Position numbers and translations under genes: made by a program. A stretch of DNA of 60,357 nt, counting the filler, from Squatina squatina (lineage: Eukaryota): the NCBI GenBank assembly GCA_031763465.1. It is 3 parts of 3 records of this genome, joined end to end, with 100 filler letters (N's around TTAATTAATTAA, not from the genome) between each part and the next. Parts side by side here need not be neighbours in the genome. Positions count along the whole stretch, not along the records: positions 45,605 to 60,357 come from JARFOE010000073.1; 2 more parts are not named here. One strand, 5' to 3'. Positions 53,669 through 60,357 of this stretch are shown here, piece by piece (the stretch's first letter is position 1; the number at the start of each line of letters is the position of its first letter). The notes under the pieces are model-generated. The model was not told the DNA's origin. It searched no databases and saw only the letters and a list, made by a program, of their open reading frames with translations.

Positions 53669-53932
53669 ATGAATATAAGATAATCACCAAGAAATCAAAT
53701 GGAGAATTCAGAAGAAATCTCTTTTTACCTCGAGTGGTGAGAATGTGGAACTCGCTAATAGTATAGATGCATTTAAGGGGTGGTTAGATAACCATACGAG
53801 GGAGAAGGGAATAGAGGGTTATGCTAATAGGGTTAGATGAGGGAAGATGGGAGGTGGCTCGAATGGAACATAAACACTGGCATAGACTGGTTGGGCGGAA
53901 TGGCCTGTTTCTGTGCTGTATATCCTATGTAA
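53669..53932 (+). mobile_element. CR1 LINE 3' end
   Basis: RVVRMWNSL-type ORF2 end followed by gaatggcctgtttctgtgctgta. Confidence 0.85.
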
Positions 53933-53959
53933 ATTAATTTGTCCCAGATTAATGTGTCT

Positions 53960-54479
53960 CAAAGTTTTCTCACCACTGACATTGGACTGATTGGCCTGTA
54001 ATTGCCTGGTTTATCCCTCTTCCCCCTTTTTTGAACAGGGTGTAACATTTGCAAGTTTCCATTCCTCTGGCATCACTCCCATATCTAAGGAGGATTGGAA
54101 GATTGTGGCCCAAACCTTTGCAATTTCCACCCTACTTCCCTCAGAAACCTAGGATGCATCCCATCTGGACCAGGTGACTTTTCTACTTTATCCTATGCAA
54201 TTTCTCTCCGACCTCCTCCTCCTTCACTATCTTTTGTCATCCAAGGAGCTCTAGCTTTGGATGCCCTTCTCTACCCCATTGTGGGAATGTGTCTAGCCTG
54301 TACCCAAACTATCTCCTCTTTGAAGATCTCCCATTGCTCATTGACTATTTTACCTGCCAATCTTTGATTCTAGTCCACTCCATCTCTTTTCAACTCATTG
54401 AAATGAGCCCTCCTCCGGTTAAATAGTTTCACTTTTGATTTTTTCCTTGTCCTTTTCCATAAGTACTTTAAACCTAATA
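53960..54479 (-). mobile_element. CR1 ORF2 fragments
   Basis: Minus strand gives KSPGPDGMHPRFLREVG and ANVTPCSKKG...PGNYRPIS motifs. Confidence 0.8.
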
Positions 54480-57400
54480 NNNNNNNNNNNNNNNNNNNNN
54501 NNNNNNNNNNNNNNNNNNNNNNNNNNNNNNNNNNNNNNNNNNNNNNNNNNNNNNNNNNNNNNNNNNNNNNNNNNNNNNNTGTGCACAGCAAGCTCCCAGA
54601 GATAGCAGTAAGTGTCACAAGGTCAATAGTGATAGGTTGCTCCTCACATAAATCTTCACATGATGGCGTTGACTCTCCGATGCTCGGTTTCTGCGGTGGA
54701 TGCTTGCTGGTACAATCAGGGGGACAGGGCTACCACGCTGTAACCTCTAATTTCCCACCCCTCGCTTGCCACTACAAGGTTTCTGCACTGAGAGCAAATG
54801 CTCACAAAATGACTCAATTTCTCCCAGGTACCAGTCCACTGTAGAGAAACATGCAGCAAGATTGAAATTTGATTGCCTTTGTTGGGAAGATGGATTCAAT
54901 GAATTTTCTGCACTTTGCTTCTGATGGGATGTAATGAATAATTTAAAGCTTTATATTGTCTCTACAAATGAAATACACAAGAATGGAAGATTTATTTCAA
55001 TGAACATTATTCTTATTCTGTTTTTGGGAGGGTGCTTTTGCATTCTGAATCCTAGTTTCAGGAGCAGTGGTCCCAGTGCAGCACCTCTCTGCCTGCCCGC
55101 CTGCCTGTCTGTCTGTCACTCTTCCTCTCTGCTTGGCCAACCGTCCCTGACCAATGCTGTCTCTCTCTAAACTAAAACAGTTGATAGAAGTCTGAAACAT
55201 TACCTGAAAAATTCATTCTGCGACTTGTTTTCAAACAATTTGGGAAAACTGCATCAGCAATCCCTGCACACAGTGCCTGCCGGTCCCATCCGGTTGTGAA
55301 TCAGACTGTCGCTCGCGTTGACAGAACCCTACTGCTGCATGACGGGAAATTCTGCTCAGACGACATCGTCTCTCGAAACCCAAAAGTGGATCGGCGGTTG
55401 GTGAAAATATACCCTGGGCGTTTGAGGGCATCAAATAAAAACATTAGCGGAATATTAAAGCACGCAAAGGATAACTTTACAGGTAAATTTAATCAGAGTT
55501 TTGAAAAGTGTGACTGAAAATTCCTCGGAGGTTCTGCCAATCTCTCAAGTAACTCCAACAGGAGACCAGCGGAGTCCCCTATTAAATGGGCAGGCCTCCA
55601 CTATTTCTAGGAGCTGCCAACTTGCCTGGTAAGGGGTGGAACATCCCCTCCCCCACTTCCCACCACCACACTGCCACCAACACCCCCCTTACAAGGCAGA
55701 TGTTATCAATAGGACAGAGCCAGAGGGGGAGTAATCCCTATGTTGGTGTTCCAATTCCAGTAGTTCAGTTGGGGCTCAGCATATCTCTGGAAGCTGGTCG
55801 ACTTAGTGGGGTGAGGTACAAAGGATGATGGGGGAGGGGGTCTGGGCCACACCATGCCCAGCCATGGTGGGTGCATGCCTGATTTTGGCCACGTGGGGCG
55901 GGCATGCCAACGATGCACCTACAAGTTAGTTAAGCACCCTCTCTATATCCCTGTAAAAACATGCAGGGTCAGTGCTGAAGAGCACGGTGGGTGCACTCCC
56001 AGTCTAACTGCTGGGATTGCNNNNNNNNNNNNNNNNNNNNNNNNNNNNNNNNNNNNNNNNNNNNNNNNNNNNNNNNNNNNNNNNNNNNNNNNNNNNNNNN
56101 NNNNNNNNNNNNNNNNNNNNCATTTTAGACAAGTTCAGCGGTAACAATAAAAATAATTATTTTTTAATTAGACGCTTTGAATGCTTTTGTCTGGAGTAAC
56201 TGTAACGAAAAATAAATTGATGAGAGAAAGGTGAGCTATAACTCTGCAAAATTATATTTGCCTGAATGTGACCCCCACATTAACTTAACTTCTTTTAAGT
56301 TTGGATATAAACCATTGCTTGCCGTTGATCTTTTAAATAAACAGGAATTTTAGCAGTTGGGTGTGGTTGGATTTAACAATGTGAGTTTGATAGGCTTGGG
56401 TCAGTCTGAATCAAACCCAATAGCTGAACCCAGCCCAATATCCCGGAGACATTTTCAAACCATGACCACAGGCATTCATTTTCATTTGTTGCCTTTTTAA
56501 ATTTGCCTTACAGAGATCAGCTCAGTCTCCGATAGTCAGCGCTCCAACCAACTGTAATGTTAGGCATTAGTGACAGATAGCATCGGAAGCCTGGCTGTAT
56601 TCTTTTCATGAATTAGAGCCTGAATTGTTTCTACAGCATTAATCAGAGCCTGGAGCATGTTGGAACCCAGAGTACTGTTGTCATTTGCCTAAGTGGGTTT
56701 GTCTGCGGTTTTTGACTTTCCCTCAGGAGATTATTATATTCATCTATTAAGTGCTTCTGTTAAATATATAATTACTGTATATGACNNNNNNNNNNGCAGT
56801 TGCTGACGGGGACATGGCAATGCAGGAAGATGGTATAACTGTGGACTGGCCACTGTATAACCTTATGTACATAAAATGTACAGAAATAGATGTATTGAAA
56901 GGCAATGTAAAGAGCTCTGAAAGCACGGCTAAATTGTAAATTTAGAAAATAAAGCAGAAGGAAATGTTTATTTATAATTCAACATATTTGAACCAGCGAG
57001 GAATGTCAACTAGAGTCGGACAAAGGAAGGACGGGGAACTAGAATAAATTTGCATAATAAGTAGTCATTTAGAAACAGGGAATCAATTTAAGGTATATGG
57101 AGACAAGTTAAAGGTGATTTTCAGAGAAACGGAAGAGATTTCAAGGAAAAGGCTAAGCCATTGTGAGGAGTGGTTTCAAGAATAATTATTGCACAGTGGA
57201 ACGCCATTCTTAGGCAAATACATTGAAACACAGGCCATTTAGCCCCTCGAGCCTGTTCCGCCATTCGATGAGATCATTGNNNNNNNNNNNNNNNNNNNNN
57301 NNNNNNNNNNNNNNNNNNNNNNNNNNNNNNNNNNNNNNNNNNNNNNNNNNNNNNNNNNNNNNNNNNNNNNNNNNNNNNNATGAAACAGATGGGCACTAAT

Positions 57401-57951
57401 TGCAGAGTGAAATATGTAAATCGTTACTTCACACACACACCATAGAAACCATTCGTAGCACAGATGCCATCATTACAACACTGTTTGTACAAAGCTTTGA
57501 AGATGCAAATTTACAATTGGCATGTTTACTGGGAACAGATGGTTTTACAGAGTTGCTAATTCTAGAGAAAATTACCCTTTTATTTTCAGTAAGGAATGAC
57601 TGCATAGATATACTTCTGGCACATGACTGTGCATCAAATAATTATTCATGAAAAAGAGTCTTTTATTAGAGAAAAAATAGTATTGACTTGTCAAAAACAT
57701 GGTCTGTCAAGATCGCATCAGCCTCCTCCTCTCGCAATGAATGTGTGAGTGAGTGATATCCAAGTTAATCACAACATGAAGCTGTCACTTCAGAACCCGT
57801 CCTTAGCTACGAAGTTGTTCAGCTTGTCTCCAGCAGAGATGAAGGCCTCGAACAACTCTGAACCTTGAGCCCAGCCAAATTAAGCAGACTTTTCGGGAAA
57901 TGTTAAGACCATCTGGTTGTTTTCTATGCCCTTTGCAGCTGACAGTACGAA

Positions 57952-58410
57952 GGAACATTGGAACAGGAGTAAGCCATTCAGCCCTCGAGCCTGTTCCGCC
58001 ATTCAATTAGATCATAGCTCATCTATGTTTTAACTCCATCTACCCATCNNNNNNNNNNNNNNNNNNNNNNNNNNNNNNNNNNNNNNNNNNNNNNNNNNNN
58101 NNNNNNNNNNNNNNNNNNNNNNNNNNNNNNNNNNNNNNNNNNNNNNNNGCTGGATCATTCAGAAATGTTGCCAGAAAGCACTTCTTTACACCCAGGGTAG
58201 TGGAAATTTGAACTCTTGCCCTGAAAAAGCTGCTGAAGCTAGGTCAATTGAAAATGTCAAAACTGGGATTGATAGATTTCAGTTAGGTAAGGATATGAAG
58301 GGTTACGGAACCAAAGCGGGTAGATGGGGCTTAAGACGCAAATCAGCCATGATCTAATTGAACAGCGGAACAGGCTTTGGGGGCTGAATGACCTACTCCT
58401 GCTCCTATGT
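57952..58410. mobile_element. Two CR1 3' ends in opposite orientation flanking a gap
   Basis: 57952-58048 (minus) and 58149-58410 (plus) share gatctaattgaa.ggcggaacaggct...gggctgaatg.c.tactcctg. Another copy lies at 57225-57279. Confidence 0.75.
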
Positions 58411-59267
58411 CTGCATAATTATAACAAACCTGGGAATGCTTGATGTTGGCACTGACGAGAAAATAAATGAAATAGTTTCCATTTCCCCAGCAATGACATT
58501 TTTCACAGCTCAAAATTTACTAATGTATTTATACAGATATAATTTACACAAAACTGTAATTTGAGAATATATGTTGCTTGGATAATTTCTGATATGGGGA
58601 GTGTGATTAAAACTTCTGATTTGTAATTTACATATAAATAGAATCATTTTGGAGTGGTACAGTCTTAAATTAAGGTATCAGATAACATGTTGCATAATAA
58701 TGGAATGAAGGATTCCTTTTACTCATTATATTTGAGACAACAGTAGCTCTAATCTGACAGATTGAGGTCATAGTTTTTACACTGTGTAGAATATTTAGAT
58801 CTAAGCTTTTCTTGGTTATAGTTGGAACAAGAACATCCATTTGAAATGAGCTTGGTGCTATATGGTGTTTTGTGAATCAAAATATGGGCATATTGAATTT
58901 TCACCAGGCCTATTAAATGTTTGGGGGGTGAAATTCGGTAGCGTCACGCTAAAAGCATTGCACCACTTTTTAGCGCATTCACCTCTCCAGGCTGTGAAGG
59001 CGTTATTTGGACCCGAAATTTGGCAGCGTTTTCACTTTTTTTGGGAGTGGCGCTGTTCGGTGGCACCGACAGCTGAGTGGAGGTGCTGACGCCAGAGTCC
59101 AGCCCCTGAGTGCAGAGTGAAGAGGACTTCAGNNNNNNNNNNNNNNNNNNNNNNNNNNNNNNNNNNNNNNNNNNNNNNNNNNNNNNNNNNNNNNNNNNNN
59201 NNNNNNNNNNNNNNNNNNNNNNNNNNNNNNNNACCTGCTTAAAATCTGTTACATCTCTTAAGTTTTC

Positions 59268-59358
59268 CAGTTCTAACGTAGGGTCTCAGACCTGAAACTG
59301 TTTCTCTCTCCACGGATGCTGCCTGGCCCGCTGAGTGTTTCCAACATTTTCTGTTTTT
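59268..59358 (+). mobile_element. Penelope-like terminal repeat with a degenerate minimal hammerhead ribozyme
   Basis: CAGTT-CTAACGTA-GGGTC-TCA-GACCT-GAAAC-TG followed by the ctctcca..gatgctgcctg tail. Confidence 0.55.
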
Positions 59359-60357
59359 GTATCAAGCAACTGTGTATCTCCTTAACCAGTCAAATTGAAG
59401 GACTGTGAAATAAACAGTGCAAGGAAGTGTAAATGAGAGTGGGTGAATTCAATGTTAAATCAGATACAGAAAGAGAAATAAAGAAAGATTGGATAGAGGA
59501 AAAAAAGACAAAAAGCAAAATGTTTTAATTAAATTTTAAATTTCACATTTTTAAAATATCCAACAACAATTAAACCTGAAGGAACGAGACTCCACACTTC
59601 TAATAGTGAATTTTTGGTGCCAATGAAGTTCATTGGCAGCAATTAACAATTAGGACATTAAAAGAATCTGACAGCTAATCCATGCTTAATTAAATATGCA
59701 TAGACCTTAAATGGCTCCAAAACAGGCTCATTGCGTCACTTCGGACCAGCTCCAATATTGAGGCGCGTTTTAGTTTGCATCTACAGTGTAAGTATCGCAA
59801 CTTCATGCTTTCCAATTCAGACAGCGAGATGTCATTTTCGCAAAGCTATCGGCAGAGTGGCGCATAACGGATAGCAAATTTTGGATTTCCATGTTTAATT
59901 GCACACCTGCCCGCGTCTGAAGTTGCTGTAGCATTTGTGCAGAAATAACGGAGAGCACGGTTACTCTCACCATTATTTTGACAGCAAATTATGGGCAATG
60001 TGTTTTTGAATGTGTTTGACATTTTTTTTGTTTGCAAATTATTTTTGCAATAGTTATTTTTGAGACAAGTCATTTCAAAATAAGTGACAATATTGTATTT
60101 AATGATTTATGCCAAATGGGCATTATGGGAAATGTTTTTCATTTGTTTACAGTTTTTCATAATTACACTGCCCCTTTAAAGGACAGTGTAAACATTTGGA
60201 ACTAACGTTCAATAAATTCAAAAGATTTTAATTGTCTAGTCGGCTGGGGGCTTGCTTTTGCAAATCAAAACTCATAGGGTTGAAATCTTACCATCCAAGG
60301 TGCTTCAGTGATAGAATTTGGGAGTCAGATCTGCAGTAAACTTAGAGATTTCAAAGC

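Overview
Eukaryotic vertebrate genomic DNA, most likely a shark or other chondrichthyan, judged from SacSINE1/DeuSINE-type SINEs, CR1/L2 LINEs, Penelope-like ends and GGG-terminated MITEs. The assembly is very fragmented: contigs of about 1-3 kb are joined by 100-N or 10-N gaps. Two artificial N44-TTAATTAATTAA-N44 linkers (30417-30516, 45505-45604) join three unrelated scaffolds. Scaffold A (1-30416) holds two XPNPEP2 exons and three SASH3 exons in the conserved vertebrate order. It also holds a degraded minus-strand envelope/class I fusion-protein-like ORF (about 17007-18470), in the same contig as an XPNPEP2 exon. Scaffold B (30517-45504) holds two ABCC4/MRP4 NBD2 exons. Scaffold C (45605-end) holds a large helicase-type Schlafen exon and exons 2, 8 and 9 of mitochondrial MDH2. 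Most of the supplied ORF track is noise. The best leads are the F-protein-like env relic (possibly a lokiretrovirus-type endogenous element), minimal hammerhead ribozyme motifs in Penelope-like termini, and the Schlafen gene scaffolded next to MDH2. All family assignments are by eye from remembered sequences; no searches were run.
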